Below are positions 5,049 to 15,040 of a stretch of DNA of 64,000 nucleotides, one piece after another. This stretch comes from a virus (lineage: Duplodnaviria; Caudoviricetes). The DNA is taken from the IMG/VR virus record IMGVR_UViG_3300028048_000038, positions 160,001 to 224,000 of that record. One strand, given 5' to 3'. The stretch's first letter is position 1; every line of letters begins with the position of its first letter. The notes below the pieces were generated by a model. The model was not told where the DNA came from and made no database searches. It was given only the letters and a program-made list of their open reading frames with translations. The translations under genes were made by a program, and so were the position numbers.

Positions 5049-5495
5049 TTAAGAATATGTGGCTTCTCTTTCTGCTTTTTCGGCTTCCATTGCAAGCCTC
5101 ATTTCCTCAGTGAACTCTTGGTATATGTCAGTACCTTTTGCAATTCCATAGACTTCTTTTGTCCAACCGAAGATTGAGGTTCCAGTGCTACCAATCTTAA
5201 ACCAAAGCTCATTGGTATGGCTTGCGTCTGATATCTCCCATACTTGGTGTACCATAGACCATGAACCTCCAGTATCATCATGTAGTACGCAGAATACGGC
5301 ATCACCTCTTTTAACGTCTCTTGGGGCGCAAGGAGTAACCCTACAATATTCCATGTGATTAATTAATGGCGACATTGAGTTACCCATCTCCCAATGATAG
5401 AAGGATTCACCATTCTTTAATGCCTCTTCCATTTCATGTGGGTCTTGTATAACTCTCAACCCATCTATTGTTTTTGGTTCATTTACAATTCTCAT
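5049..5495 (-). CDS. S24/S26 peptidase-like protein
   Basis: GNSMSPLI..KRGDAVFC..VHQV pattern. Confidence 0.55.
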   Translation of the reverse strand: MRIVNEPKTIDGLRVIQDPHEMEEALKNGESFYHWEMGNSMSPLINHMEYCRVTPCAPRDVKRGDAVFCVLHDDTGGSWSMVHQVWEISDASHTNELWFKIGSTGTSIFGWTKEVYGIAKGTDIYQEFTEEMRLAMEAEKAEREATYS

Positions 5496-5507
5496 ATTGT
5501 TTTTCTA

Positions 5508-7055
5508 TTAAAGTTTTAACATATCAAATAATGAATTCGTGGACTTAGAATTTCTGTCATTTTGGTTAACGCCCATAATCTTAAACATGCCATTCAAGTC
5601 CTTTGAAAGTGTCTTCAATGAAGAATCAAGTGTATCGAAATACACATCAAGACTATCCATATATAGGTTAAGAGAGCTTAATCCATTTGCTATTTTAATA
5701 TTCGGCATTTTAGGGAAGCTTGGGATTTTGATGTTGTATTCTTTCATCTTATCTACGGCTTGCTCCACTAGTTTTCTCTTTTCCTTAAGTCTTCTTTCTT
5801 CCTCGGCTATTCTCTTTTGTCTTTCTTTCTCTTCCCTCTCAATTCTCTCTTTTCTAGCCTTTTCTTTTCTAGCTTTCTCTGCTTCATACTCTTCAACTGT
5901 ATAAGCACCCAATTCATCCCAAGCAATCTTGAAATGGTCGTTTGGATTAAAACCATCCAAGTAAGGTCTCTCAACACCACTTTTTCCATCAATTGCGGTT
6001 GGGTCATTGGTGTGTTTCACAAGTTTGATAAGTATATACACTGTATCGTCCTCAGAAATGAAGTTGCCGTGAGTATAATTCAAACCGCTTGGATATGCAA
6101 TCTGGGCATCCAATCTTGTATTTGACGCAATCATGACTCCATTTTTTGTTTCTCCACTTGGCTTTTCATACACGATTGGCTCATCGCTTGTAACTCTCAA
6201 GGACTTCATGAATCTTTCTTCCTTAATCAGTTTACCGCTTGGCGTTACCACATAACCATCAGAATAATCCTTAAAGCCATTAAGCTTCAATAAGACATAT
6301 CTGATTGTGTTATCTATTTCGCTTGTTGGTGTAGTGCCCAAGTTGTTTTTATCGAATGGTATTGTTTCCTTAACTCTTCGCCAACTAAGGTGTTTTGGGA
6401 ATAGTTGCAATCCATTTTCATATTCTATCCCCATGCATTCGCAATCATGCTTTGAGAGAGTAAAGATTTTATCTTTGTATCCACCAACTTGTTTAACGAT
6501 TACTGAATTAATATTGATACCATCGTACTCATCATGTACGCCAACAAGTTCATATATCTTCTCAGGCATTTCGAATCCCTCACAAGACACACCACTTAAT
6601 GCATACTTTTCTCCTTTTATAAACTTTGGAATACAATTACTTGGCTCATTGACAACCCCCATATCCGTGAAATCGACAGCCTCAAACATTTCCTTTGGAT
6701 GATAAAATAAGTTTTCGACATACCCACTGTCATTTTTTGCTGAACTTGGGTATGCATATGATTTCAGCGTAGTATTGCGTTTGAAGTCAGCATCTACCAT
6801 TTCACTGATACCACTAATCACTTTATTTGACATCTTTGGTCTAGCTATACATGGACTTGCTATTTTTCCCATAGGGTTATGAGTTAATTCAGATAATTTA
6901 ACTGCTATTTCTCTGCCATCTGAGGCATTTTTAAGGTGAATGTAGTCACCAATAACATATGCGCTAGAAACAGTCCAATCATCACTTAGGGTGATTGGAA
7001 CTAGTTCTATCTTATTGTTTCTGTATGTATTTACTAATACTTGCTTATAGTTCAT
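5508..7055 (-). CDS. Hypothetical protein with a charged coiled-coil C-terminus
   Basis: 515-aa ORF; start overlaps the stop of the telA-like gene (TAATG). Confidence 0.8.
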   Translation of the reverse strand: MNYKQVLVNTYRNNKIELVPITLSDDWTVSSAYVIGDYIHLKNASDGREIAVKLSELTHNPMGKIASPCIARPKMSNKVISGISEMVDADFKRNTTLKSYAYPSSAKNDSGYVENLFYHPKEMFEAVDFTDMGVVNEPSNCIPKFIKGEKYALSGVSCEGFEMPEKIYELVGVHDEYDGININSVIVKQVGGYKDKIFTLSKHDCECMGIEYENGLQLFPKHLSWRRVKETIPFDKNNLGTTPTSEIDNTIRYVLLKLNGFKDYSDGYVVTPSGKLIKEERFMKSLRVTSDEPIVYEKPSGETKNGVMIASNTRLDAQIAYPSGLNYTHGNFISEDDTVYILIKLVKHTNDPTAIDGKSGVERPYLDGFNPNDHFKIAWDELGAYTVEEYEAEKARKEKARKERIEREEKERQKRIAEEERRLKEKRKLVEQAVDKMKEYNIKIPSFPKMPNIKIANGLSSLNLYMDSLDVYFDTLDSSLKTLSKDLNGMFKIMGVNQNDRNSKSTNSLFDMLKL

Positions 7056-8350
7056 TATTCATTGAGCAACTTTGGGTCTCTCTTCCCACGAAGTTCACTT
7101 GAGATAACTTTCTGAGTGGACTCTGCAACACCGATTGCTTTCATATGCATTTCCTTCTCAAGCTTTGCAATTTCAGCCTCGGCAGCAGCACGTCTTTCAG
7201 CACCTTCCTTCTGAGCCTTTTGTACCCCCTCTACAGTGGCTACAAGCTCTTGTGTAGACTTACGAAGAGTCTCTACATCAAGAACCATACGCTGACTCTG
7301 TTTCGCAACCTCAATGGCTTGTACCTTCATCATTTCAGCGTTCTTACGGAACAACTCATTGGTGGTATCAGTTACCTTTGTACCAATCTCAATGGCTTGC
7401 TTCTGGTCATACAATGCCACAGCCAATGACAACTGATTCTTCCAAAGAGGAATTGTCATAGCAATCTGAGACTCAGTGTTGTTAGCATGCATGATGTTTG
7501 TACGCTGAATAATACGAATCTGAGTCAATGACTGCTTAAACGCATAACGAAGGGCGATAAGGTCAGTGAGTCGCTTATCAAGAGCATTCTTGTACTCTTC
7601 GATGTCACTAATCTGATACTCTTCATACTCATTTGAGCGTGACTTCATATCGTCAATCAGTGTACCAAGCTCCTCAGACTTCATCTTACCTGCTACGATA
7701 AGGTCTTCCAATTGGTCTACATAATCACAGTTATTCTCAAACTGCTTCTGCAAGAGATTATTATCTCGAATGGCAATCTGACGTGTTGCCTCAAGCTTCT
7801 TAACAATACCGTCAATGTTCTTCTCGATAGTGTTGTACTTAGCCTTAATCTGCTCAACAGAAATAACGAGTCTCTTAAGTCCAGGAATACGTCTCAAGAA
7901 TCTCTTGACTGCATTAGGTGCTTCAAGGTCGTTAATGTCAACCTCATGCAACTCACCCAAGAGGTTTGAAATCAACTGAGCTGACTCAATACCAGCCTTG
8001 GAATCAAATGATTGCTTAAGGAAGTCACTTGAGTATGAACTCATTGCTCTCTGGAGGTCTGAGCCATAGCTAGTAATGGTTGACATTTCCTTCTCATTGA
8101 GAACTGATGCAATCTCCTTATAATACGCTTTACGAGCTGGAGTAAGATTACTCGTATTAATCTCTCCACTATCATCAACACGCTTCAGTGAGGTACTACC
8201 ACTAGTAAGTTCAGTCTCTGCCTCTGCTGAAATCTCATCAAGGGCACGTCTTGTGCGTGTTGGAGACTTACGAGTAGTTCTCTTAACTCTTGGCTTCTTC
8301 ACTTCACTTACTTCAGCCTCAACAATTGTTTCTTTTGTCTTTTTCGCCAT
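7055..8350 (-). CDS. Toxic anion resistance protein (TelA/KlaA family)
   Basis: SYGSDLQ, QIRIIQRTN, TIPLWKNQL, TNELFRKNAEMMK, LDVETL; helical. Confidence 0.85.
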   Translation of the reverse strand: MAKKTKETIVEAEVSEVKKPRVKRTTRKSPTRTRRALDEISAEAETELTSGSTSLKRVDDSGEINTSNLTPARKAYYKEIASVLNEKEMSTITSYGSDLQRAMSSYSSDFLKQSFDSKAGIESAQLISNLLGELHEVDINDLEAPNAVKRFLRRIPGLKRLVISVEQIKAKYNTIEKNIDGIVKKLEATRQIAIRDNNLLQKQFENNCDYVDQLEDLIVAGKMKSEELGTLIDDMKSRSNEYEEYQISDIEEYKNALDKRLTDLIALRYAFKQSLTQIRIIQRTNIMHANNTESQIAMTIPLWKNQLSLAVALYDQKQAIEIGTKVTDTTNELFRKNAEMMKVQAIEVAKQSQRMVLDVETLRKSTQELVATVEGVQKAQKEGAERRAAAEAEIAKLEKEMHMKAIGVAESTQKVISSELRGKRDPKLLNE

Positions 8351-8379
8351 TATTATTCTACTTTTAAGTTATTAATTTG

Positions 8380-8412
8380 TGCAAATATATAGTTATTTTT
8401 TGAATAATCAAA
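8380..8412 (-). promoter_or_regulatory. Bacteroidota sigma-A-type promoter
   Basis: TTTG-N19-TATATTTGCA. Confidence 0.75.
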
Positions 8413-8432
8413 ATTTTAAGTTATAATTAATG

Positions 8433-8588
8433 TTAATTCAAATGCGTTAAATGCTAAGCATGACATTCTTTACAATAGTATATACGTTTTTCTTGTCGTT
8501 TCCAATTATGAAAACGATTGCGGCTACGCATACATTTGATTAGTGCCAACATCGCACCTATTTTGTCATATCTTTTTTTATTACACAC
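8433..8588 (-). pseudogene. Small Zn-finger-type phage protein interrupted by an in-frame TAG (pseudogene or read-through)
   Basis: VCNKKRYDKIGAMLALIKCMRSRNRFHNWKRQEKRIYYCKECHA*HLTHLN*; TAG at 8454-8456. Confidence 0.55.
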
Positions 8589-8602
8589 ATTTTTATAAAA
8601 AG

Positions 8603-8629
8603 AAAGCCACCCATCTTGTGAGTGGCTTT
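8603..8629 (-). terminator. Probable intrinsic terminator after ssb
   Basis: aaagccac...gtggcttt hairpin followed by a U-rich run on the minus strand. Confidence 0.7.
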
Positions 8630-8635
8630 GTTTAG

Positions 8636-9049
8636 TTAGAATGGTAAATCATCTGCATCTGTTGATGCTGCTGTCTCTTGTGGTTTTGGCTTATGGGTTC
8701 CAGTGTCTGTGACAGCCTCATTTGTCTGAGTGTCACCACTCTTGCCCAAGTTCACAAAGTCAACTCTATCTGCGAATAAATCAGTAGAGATTGATTGTTC
8801 ACCATTCTTGTTAGTGAAGAGAGAAGTTCTTAATGTACCGTGTACAGAAACGGCACTACCTTTCTTCATGTGCTCTTGCATCTTAACTGCACGTTCTCCA
8901 GACCACATAACATTAGCCCATGTCGTAACATTCTCACCATTGAAGAAGTCGTTAGATGCAACCCTCATGGAAACAAATTGGTTTCCCTTTGCGGAAGTCT
9001 TTAGTTCAGCATCTGCTCCAAGTCTTCCTATTAGTTCTACGTATAACAT
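8636..9049 (-). CDS. ssb: Single-stranded DNA-binding protein
   Basis: LIGRLGADAELK, KKGSAVSVHGTLRT, C-terminal DDLPF. Confidence 0.95.
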   Translation of the reverse strand: MLYVELIGRLGADAELKTSAKGNQFVSMRVASNDFFNGENVTTWANVMWSGERAVKMQEHMKKGSAVSVHGTLRTSLFTNKNGEQSISTDLFADRVDFVNLGKSGDTQTNEAVTDTGTHKPKPQETAASTDADDLPF

Positions 9050-9061
9050 AATATGAAATTG

Positions 9062-9316
9062 TTAAATTAATATTTTTAAGTAATTCTCATTTATTGTCCA
9101 ACCTTGCTCTTTCATAACATTATATTCCTCATCTGGCATTTCAGAACCCAATAGTTCGTCAATGCTAACATCGTAATAGTAATCTAATGTCTTATCATCC
9201 ATTCTCAAATTAACGGCTGCAAACTTGATTATGTTTGCCAAAGCTGCTGCTGAAATCCTTTTGGAATCTGATAATTTATTATCCTTAAATAATTCTAATA
9301 ACTCTTCCTTTGTCAT
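9062..9316 (-). CDS. Hypothetical protein
   Basis: 84-aa ORF following a promoter motif. Confidence 0.7.
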   Translation of the reverse strand: MTKEELLELFKDNKLSDSKRISAAALANIIKFAAVNLRMDDKTLDYYYDVSIDELLGSEMPDEEYNVMKEQGWTINENYLKILI

Positions 9317-9335
9317 GTTAAAATCTGTTTAACAC

Positions 9336-9369
9336 TGCAAAGATATAGTTAAATTTCGTAAATTCCAAA
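9336..9369 (-). promoter_or_regulatory. Bacteroidota sigma-A-type promoter
   Basis: TTTG-N20-TATCTTTGCA. Confidence 0.8.
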
Positions 9370-9409
9370 TTTTTACATAAAAAAATGAGGACTAATGTAA
9401 AACTAGCCC

Positions 9410-10768
9410 TCATCTTCTCTTGTCCTCTGCTGCCTTGATGTTCATCTTTGGCTTCATGAAGAACTTGATGTCAACTGTTGGCTCAATGAGTTTCACAATC
9501 TCATCCATTGGCTTGTATGCAGCTGGAGCCTCATCCAATGTTTTCTCGTCAGCAGTGGTGGTATAGATACCAGCATCTGCCATCTGCTTCTTGAACTCCT
9601 CAACATCCAAGGTCTTGTTAGCCTTATCACGAGACATAGAACGTCCACAGCCATGCGGGGCTGTCCAGTTCCAATCCTCGTTTGACTTACCTTCACAGAT
9701 TGAGATACCATCCCTCATATTGAATGGGATAATTAACTTCTCTCCCTCATAGGCACGAATAGCACCCTTACGAATCATCATATTTGGCTTTCCACTCAAC
9801 GCCTTAAAGTCATAATCGATGTAATTATGAGTAGTGGCAATAAAGTCAATTGGCTTGCCACCATCTGACATCTTACGATAAATTTCAACCAACTGCTCGT
9901 GGATAACCTCGTGGTTCAACTTGGCATATACTTGAGCAATCAAGACATCGACAAGATAACCCATAAGTTTGTCACCGTTCAAGTATCCTGGAATCTTACG
10001 TGATAAGTACTCCTCTCTTGCTGCATCAATCTCTGCCTTAATCTTCTTTCTATCAGTATTCTTCTCCTTGACCTTATCCTCAAGCATCTTCATTTCCTCT
10101 CTAGAAACTACCATGCTTCTTGCTATCTTATCCCAATAGTTGAATACAGCCAAGCCCAACTTACGTGAGCCACAGTGTACGCACATGCAGTACTTACCAA
10201 GGTCATCATTAACATCGTACTCCACAAAATGATTACCACCACCCACAGAGCCAATAGACTTCATGAAATCACCATAAGGAATGTGTACATGTTTACACCA
10301 ATTCTCTAAATCCATTTCTGAGTTGAAATAGATTGCATAGTCCACAAACTTAGGATAAAGTGAAACCAATCTATCCATAGCTGAATTAATAGCCTTTGCA
10401 ATTCGCTTCCAATCAATCTTGGACTTGTCATTGATGGTGAATCCAAACGGAATATCCTTGCGAATCTTGTGCTCAAACTCCTTCATCTTATCCTCGACAA
10501 TAGGCTTGTCGAAGAAAGTGGCAGAGATTGTACAACCAATGTCACAACCTACATGCTCAGGATTAACGTGGTCTGTTTCAATGTTAACTGGGCATGAGAA
10601 TCCAATCACAATGCCCTTACCATCGTGACAATCAGGCATGATACGAATCTTTCTATCCTTAAATGCCCTACAATCAGCAATCCTATATATCGTTGACAAT
10701 GCGGTCTCCTCCACATTGTCGGTAAAGACCTTTATGTACTTACAATACTGTCCTTTAATTTCTAACAT
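9410..10768 (-). CDS. rtcB: RNA ligase RtcB
   Basis: IMPDCH, VGCDIGC, GGGNHFVE, VHCGSR, HNY, RKGA, IPFNM, APHGCGR, DEAPAAYK. Confidence 0.95.
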   Translation of the reverse strand: MLEIKGQYCKYIKVFTDNVEETALSTIYRIADCRAFKDRKIRIMPDCHDGKGIVIGFSCPVNIETDHVNPEHVGCDIGCTISATFFDKPIVEDKMKEFEHKIRKDIPFGFTINDKSKIDWKRIAKAINSAMDRLVSLYPKFVDYAIYFNSEMDLENWCKHVHIPYGDFMKSIGSVGGGNHFVEYDVNDDLGKYCMCVHCGSRKLGLAVFNYWDKIARSMVVSREEMKMLEDKVKEKNTDRKKIKAEIDAAREEYLSRKIPGYLNGDKLMGYLVDVLIAQVYAKLNHEVIHEQLVEIYRKMSDGGKPIDFIATTHNYIDYDFKALSGKPNMMIRKGAIRAYEGEKLIIPFNMRDGISICEGKSNEDWNWTAPHGCGRSMSRDKANKTLDVEEFKKQMADAGIYTTTADEKTLDEAPAAYKPMDEIVKLIEPTVDIKFFMKPKMNIKAAEDKRR

Positions 10769-10777
10769 AACTTAATC

Positions 10778-11659
10778 CTAAAATAACAAACTACCCTTAT
10801 CGTCCCACTGTGTGTATAGCTTGCAGTTTGGACGAAGAATTAGATACTTCAAAGCTTGTTTTTCCTCGCTCTTAGCCATACAATCCTCGTCAATGACTGT
10901 TGATATACCCATTACTGAATAACGTCTGCTACCATATTCCAATGTATCTAGATAACGTCCATTTTTAAGAATATAATCATTAAGACCACCAAAATATGAT
11001 GTTGTTTTAACGTTATTTTCCTTAATCCACGTTGTCTGAGGTGTGTCGCTACCATCAGTGTACATCTTGCGGAATGTAATTTGGTCAGCACCCAATACCT
11101 TGCTGCAATATTCGAATATTGGCTCATATTCTCCATTTGGCTCTTCATAAAGATAAAGCCACTTTGTCACATTGAGGGACAAACGAAGGTTCATACCATA
11201 TTCTTTAATTTTAGAACAAAGCCACTTCAAGTTAATGCGTGTATGCCCACCATTAATAATATCACTATTGATTTCATCGTTGTTTAAACAAGACACTGAA
11301 AGGCTGATTGTGGTAATGCCGTTATTGCGAAGACAATTAAGTGTATACTCATCAATCTTAGCTCCAGTGGTTTGAATCTCAATGTTTCTAAACGGCATTG
11401 TCAATTCAGAATTCATTCTAGCAAATTTGCCAATGAATGCCATGTTCTGCTGTGGCTCACCTTGCCCAGTGAGCATAACGGTATTGCACCCATTATCCCT
11501 AGCAAAAGCCATACGATTCTTATAACTCTCTACATGAAAATAGTCATCAGTAGAAATCAAATCATCATATTCCTCTTTATGCATGCGGCTTACACAGAAC
11601 TTACACTGATTCATGCAGCCATGTGTAGGAACTACGATTGATAACGATTGTATATTCAT
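10778..11659 (-). CDS. Radical SAM protein
   Basis: CMNQCKFC (CxxxCxxC) and TGQGEP. Confidence 0.9.
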   Translation of the reverse strand: MNIQSLSIVVPTHGCMNQCKFCVSRMHKEEYDDLISTDDYFHVESYKNRMAFARDNGCNTVMLTGQGEPQQNMAFIGKFARMNSELTMPFRNIEIQTTGAKIDEYTLNCLRNNGITTISLSVSCLNNDEINSDIINGGHTRINLKWLCSKIKEYGMNLRLSLNVTKWLYLYEEPNGEYEPIFEYCSKVLGADQITFRKMYTDGSDTPQTTWIKENNVKTTSYFGGLNDYILKNGRYLDTLEYGSRRYSVMGISTVIDEDCMAKSEEKQALKYLILRPNCKLYTQWDDKGSLLF

Positions 11660-11994
11660 TTTCTAAGGTTCTCCCAAACAAACTTCAATAATTCCATAGG
11701 TGCTTCTTTAAGAAAGATGTTGCACCACTGTCCCTCTCTGTTCTTGGTGTTGATTCTGACATTATCCAATGAGATATCACCATCTAAAGGTTTATCACTA
11801 GTTACAGAAACATACACCACTTTTGTAGATTCAAAGTGTTTGTCAATTTTAACTTTCTTGGTATATACCTTGTCTTCCATTGGGTCATCACCCAATATAT
11901 CGGCTTTGGATGTTTCAAGTCCATTTACCATGACAAAACCTAAGATACCATTCTCCAACTTAAATCTTTCACTAAACTTATCCATACCATTCAA
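11656..11994 (-). CDS. Hypothetical protein
   Basis: 112-aa ORF overlapping both neighbours by 4 nt. Confidence 0.65.
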   Translation of the reverse strand: MNGMDKFSERFKLENGILGFVMVNGLETSKADILGDDPMEDKVYTKKVKIDKHFESTKVVYVSVTSDKPLDGDISLDNVRINTKNREGQWCNIFLKEAPMELLKFVWENLRK

Positions 11995-12248
11995 AATTTA
12001 ATTGTACTTACATATCCCTTATCCTTAAATTTGTTATAGACATCTTGGGTAAGGTCATGTTCCTCTTGTTTCATTTGGTTTACAATCCCTTGCAAAGCAT
12101 CAATACACTCCCTAGAGTTGCGAAGATTGGCAATGGCATAATCAAAGCTGCCTTTATCCTCACCATCCCTTCGTACTTCTTCTTTAGTCTGTTCAAGACG
12201 CATATTGAAATTCCCAATACATGCATCTACGTATTTTTTATCTATCAT
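11991..12248 (-). CDS. Hypothetical coiled-coil protein
   Basis: 85-aa ORF. Confidence 0.65.
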   Translation of the reverse strand: MIDKKYVDACIGNFNMRLEQTKEEVRRDGEDKGSFDYAIANLRNSRECIDALQGIVNQMKQEEHDLTQDVYNKFKDKGYVSTIKF

Positions 12249-13422
12249 ATAACTTAATTTTACTTATTAACTCATCAACATTTGTAGTGTTCTCATATGG
12301 AAAATCTATTTTTTCTTCGCTATAATACAATATTTTAACTCCATTGTCTTCACAAAGTTTTCTTTTCTTTTCGTCCAAACCAATGCGATATTTGAGTTTA
12401 TCTTCTCCACCGAAATAATCCACAGAATAAAAATGTTGCCCACCTTGACATTCTATGGCAATTTTGTATTGTGGCAAATAAAAATCTAATGTTAGTTCTT
12501 CTAACCAAGGTAAAGTTTTTCTTCTAGCATCATATCTATATTCAATATTATTGTCTATTAATGCTTTTTCAACATTGCATTCAGCATGGCTCATTTTACA
12601 TTTTGGACATCCTTTACTACCTAAGTGATTCGCTGGCGTACAAGTAAAATCTCCGTGTTTTGGGCAAGTAATTATTACATCAGAATGCATTTTCTTATAT
12701 ACCACTTTTGAATAATCATACTTATCACCATATTTTTTAATAAAACGACTTATAATCGTTTCTTGTGATAATTTCTTTTTATTTGACCTTTCTTTTATAC
12801 CACATTCCTTACAGCCCTTGCCACACAAGTGGTTGTGCGGAGTTTGCCAAAAATCTCCGTGAATTGGACAAGTGATTATTATCCTACCTTTTTCATCACG
12901 AGAATTTAAATCAGTTTTATTATAGATGTATTTCATGTTGTGAACTTTAGTGGCTTTGGCGATGAAATCTTCTGTTTTTAAACAACGTTTGTTAGCAGTA
13001 GTAATTTTTCCGCATTCTTTACAGCCTTCACCACCTAAATGTTTATTTGGTGTTTGCCAAAATTCGCCATGAATAGGACAAATAATACATACATCTTGAT
13101 TTGAACGTTTATATTCTACTTTTGAATAGTCATACTTATCACCATGAACTTTTTTAGCTTTTTCAATAAATTCATTGGTGTTACTAAATAAACATTTGTC
13201 CTTTCTTTCTTCCCAGCACTTCGGACACCCACAACCATGTGTGTGAGAGTTAGGTCTTTGCCAGAACTCACCATGTTTAGGGCATATTATACACACTCTA
13301 CCTTTCTCGTCACGATGCTCTAAATCTACCTTAGAATAATCATATTTCTCTCCATGAATATCTCTAGATTTTTCTATAAAAATATCAGTCCTATTTATCA
13401 TATAACATAACCATTTATACAT
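12238..13422 (-). CDS. Homing-endonuclease-like protein (four DUF723-like Zn repeats plus Vsr/PD-(D/E)xK-like nuclease); start may be 13401
   Basis: Four repeats of HGxKYxY..IxCPxHG(E/D)F..P..H..G.GC..C; C-terminal LDFYLP.YKIAIECQGGQH. Confidence 0.8.
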   Translation of the reverse strand: MYKWLCYMINRTDIFIEKSRDIHGEKYDYSKVDLEHRDEKGRVCIICPKHGEFWQRPNSHTHGCGCPKCWEERKDKCLFSNTNEFIEKAKKVHGDKYDYSKVEYKRSNQDVCIICPIHGEFWQTPNKHLGGEGCKECGKITTANKRCLKTEDFIAKATKVHNMKYIYNKTDLNSRDEKGRIIITCPIHGDFWQTPHNHLCGKGCKECGIKERSNKKKLSQETIISRFIKKYGDKYDYSKVVYKKMHSDVIITCPKHGDFTCTPANHLGSKGCPKCKMSHAECNVEKALIDNNIEYRYDARRKTLPWLEELTLDFYLPQYKIAIECQGGQHFYSVDYFGGEDKLKYRIGLDEKKRKLCEDNGVKILYYSEEKIDFPYENTTNVDELISKIKLYDR

Positions 13423-13464
13423 ATAAATATCAATTACATAATAAAAAAGACTGATAAATTATCC

Positions 13465-14433
13465 TTAATGTAATAAAATATTTCCATCTTTAAGATTTAT
13501 ACAAACCTCAAGATTTCTACGTTTAAATTCGCTATTCCAAGAGCGCATACAAACCTTACGTACAGAGTCCACTCCATATAAATCTCCAAGATTTGGTACA
13601 AACTCTTTGTCACTCTTCTTGCAAGCCTCCATTCTACGCTGCTTAACATCTTCATTTTCAACATCAAATACAGTATTTTTAATGGATTCTGTTAAGCCAT
13701 CAGTAGCATACATTGGTTTAATCTTCTCTGAAAGACCGTCCCATTTGCTTAATACGTGGTCAATCTCATTATAAGTATATCCTGGCATTATCTGTTCAGC
13801 ATCACCTCCAGCTTTAACCCCATTACCATCTGTAGGTATGAGTGCAATCGACTGCTCAAGTGCCTTAGAATCTTTGAAAACATTTTCCTTCATCCACTTT
13901 GCAAGAGCGTAAACTTCTGTTTTCCAAAGTTCACCAATTGGGTTTATATCACCAACATCACCATGTAGTGTCCAAAAGCCTGTTAGCCACTCAGTTTTAT
14001 TTGATGTGCCCATTACAATACCTCCAACCTTTGAAGCGATATCGTACAACGTAATCATACGCAAACGTGCCTTGATGTTACCTTGTGAAATTGGTGTCTT
14101 CTCCTTACCGCTAGCCTCAGTACAGAACTTCTCCATTACCTCATATGGCTCTTGTAGGTTAACCACCTTGAAAGTGTCACAGAACTCGGTGCCAGCAGCC
14201 TTGGCTGCATCATTCTCCACATCTGCATTGGTTGAGCATGGAAGAGATACGCCAATAAGGGGAATGTTTCCAGCCTTACATAGTGCAGCTACTACTGTGG
14301 AGTCAATACCACCACTTAATCCAAGAACTACAACCTTAATATGATTCTGATTTACATAACTCTTAATTCCCTCTACAAGAATCTTAAATACAACTTCCAT
14401 ATCTAATGGAATTGGACGATACGTTTCTACCAT
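13465..14433 (-). CDS. nadE: NH3-dependent NAD+ synthetase
   Basis: LGLSGGIDS, GNIKARLRM, GTSNKTE, TLHGD, LWKTEV. Confidence 0.92.
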   Translation of the reverse strand: MVETYRPIPLDMEVVFKILVEGIKSYVNQNHIKVVVLGLSGGIDSTVVAALCKAGNIPLIGVSLPCSTNADVENDAAKAAGTEFCDTFKVVNLQEPYEVMEKFCTEASGKEKTPISQGNIKARLRMITLYDIASKVGGIVMGTSNKTEWLTGFWTLHGDVGDINPIGELWKTEVYALAKWMKENVFKDSKALEQSIALIPTDGNGVKAGGDAEQIMPGYTYNEIDHVLSKWDGLSEKIKPMYATDGLTESIKNTVFDVENEDVKQRRMEACKKSDKEFVPNLGDLYGVDSVRKVCMRSWNSEFKRRNLEVCINLKDGNILLH

Positions 14434-14435
14434 AT

Positions 14436-14966
14436 TTATTTATTGTTTATTGCTTTCCTTACTTTATCCTTTCTAAATGCTTCAATGTCAACATCCATCT
14501 TTATCTTGCGACACTTATCAGCAAGTTCCTTAACTTCATCAATAGTCAATGCTGCCTCCAACTGTATATCTGCCATAGATGGAATCGTAGATGGTGCTGA
14601 AACCATAAACCTTGGTTCAAGATTCTTATTAATCACAATTCTACCCAATAATTTTCCAAGTGAACTAAATGATTCTTGAAGACGTTTGATATTATAAGTG
14701 TCATAAGGTTTTAAATCAACCTTAACATCATCCAAAGATAATTTTTCCATCTTACTAGCAAAGTCCATAAGAGAATCATAGAATTTATCACCGAATCTAT
14801 CAGCATATTCGGTTATACCATCTAATTCTTCTTTTACATCATTTTGAAGGTCGGCAATCCTTCTTTCTTCAGCTTCTTTTTTTTCGTTGCGGTCAGATAG
14901 TACCGATTGCGCAAGACATAAAAAAACAATTCCTAAACTTATTAATAGAATATATAAAACACCCAT
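14436..14966 (-). CDS. Hypothetical membrane-anchored protein
   Basis: N-terminal TM segment MGVLYILLISLGIVFLCLA; the track start 14987 lies within the promoter, so ATG 14966 is preferred. Confidence 0.7.
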   Translation of the reverse strand: MGVLYILLISLGIVFLCLAQSVLSDRNEKKEAEERRIADLQNDVKEELDGITEYADRFGDKFYDSLMDFASKMEKLSLDDVKVDLKPYDTYNIKRLQESFSSLGKLLGRIVINKNLEPRFMVSAPSTIPSMADIQLEAALTIDEVKELADKCRKIKMDVDIEAFRKDKVRKAINNK

Positions 14967-14982
14967 AATTACATTATTTTTT

Positions 14983-15016
14983 TGCAAAGATACGAAAAAA
15001 AACTGAGACTACCAAA
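14983..15016 (-). promoter_or_regulatory. Bacteroidota sigma-A-type promoter, overlapping the tyrS terminator hairpin
   Basis: TTTG-N20-TATCTTTGCA; aaactgaga...tctcagttt inverted repeat. Confidence 0.75.
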
Positions 15017-15040
15017 TGATAATCTCAGTTTTAATATTAT

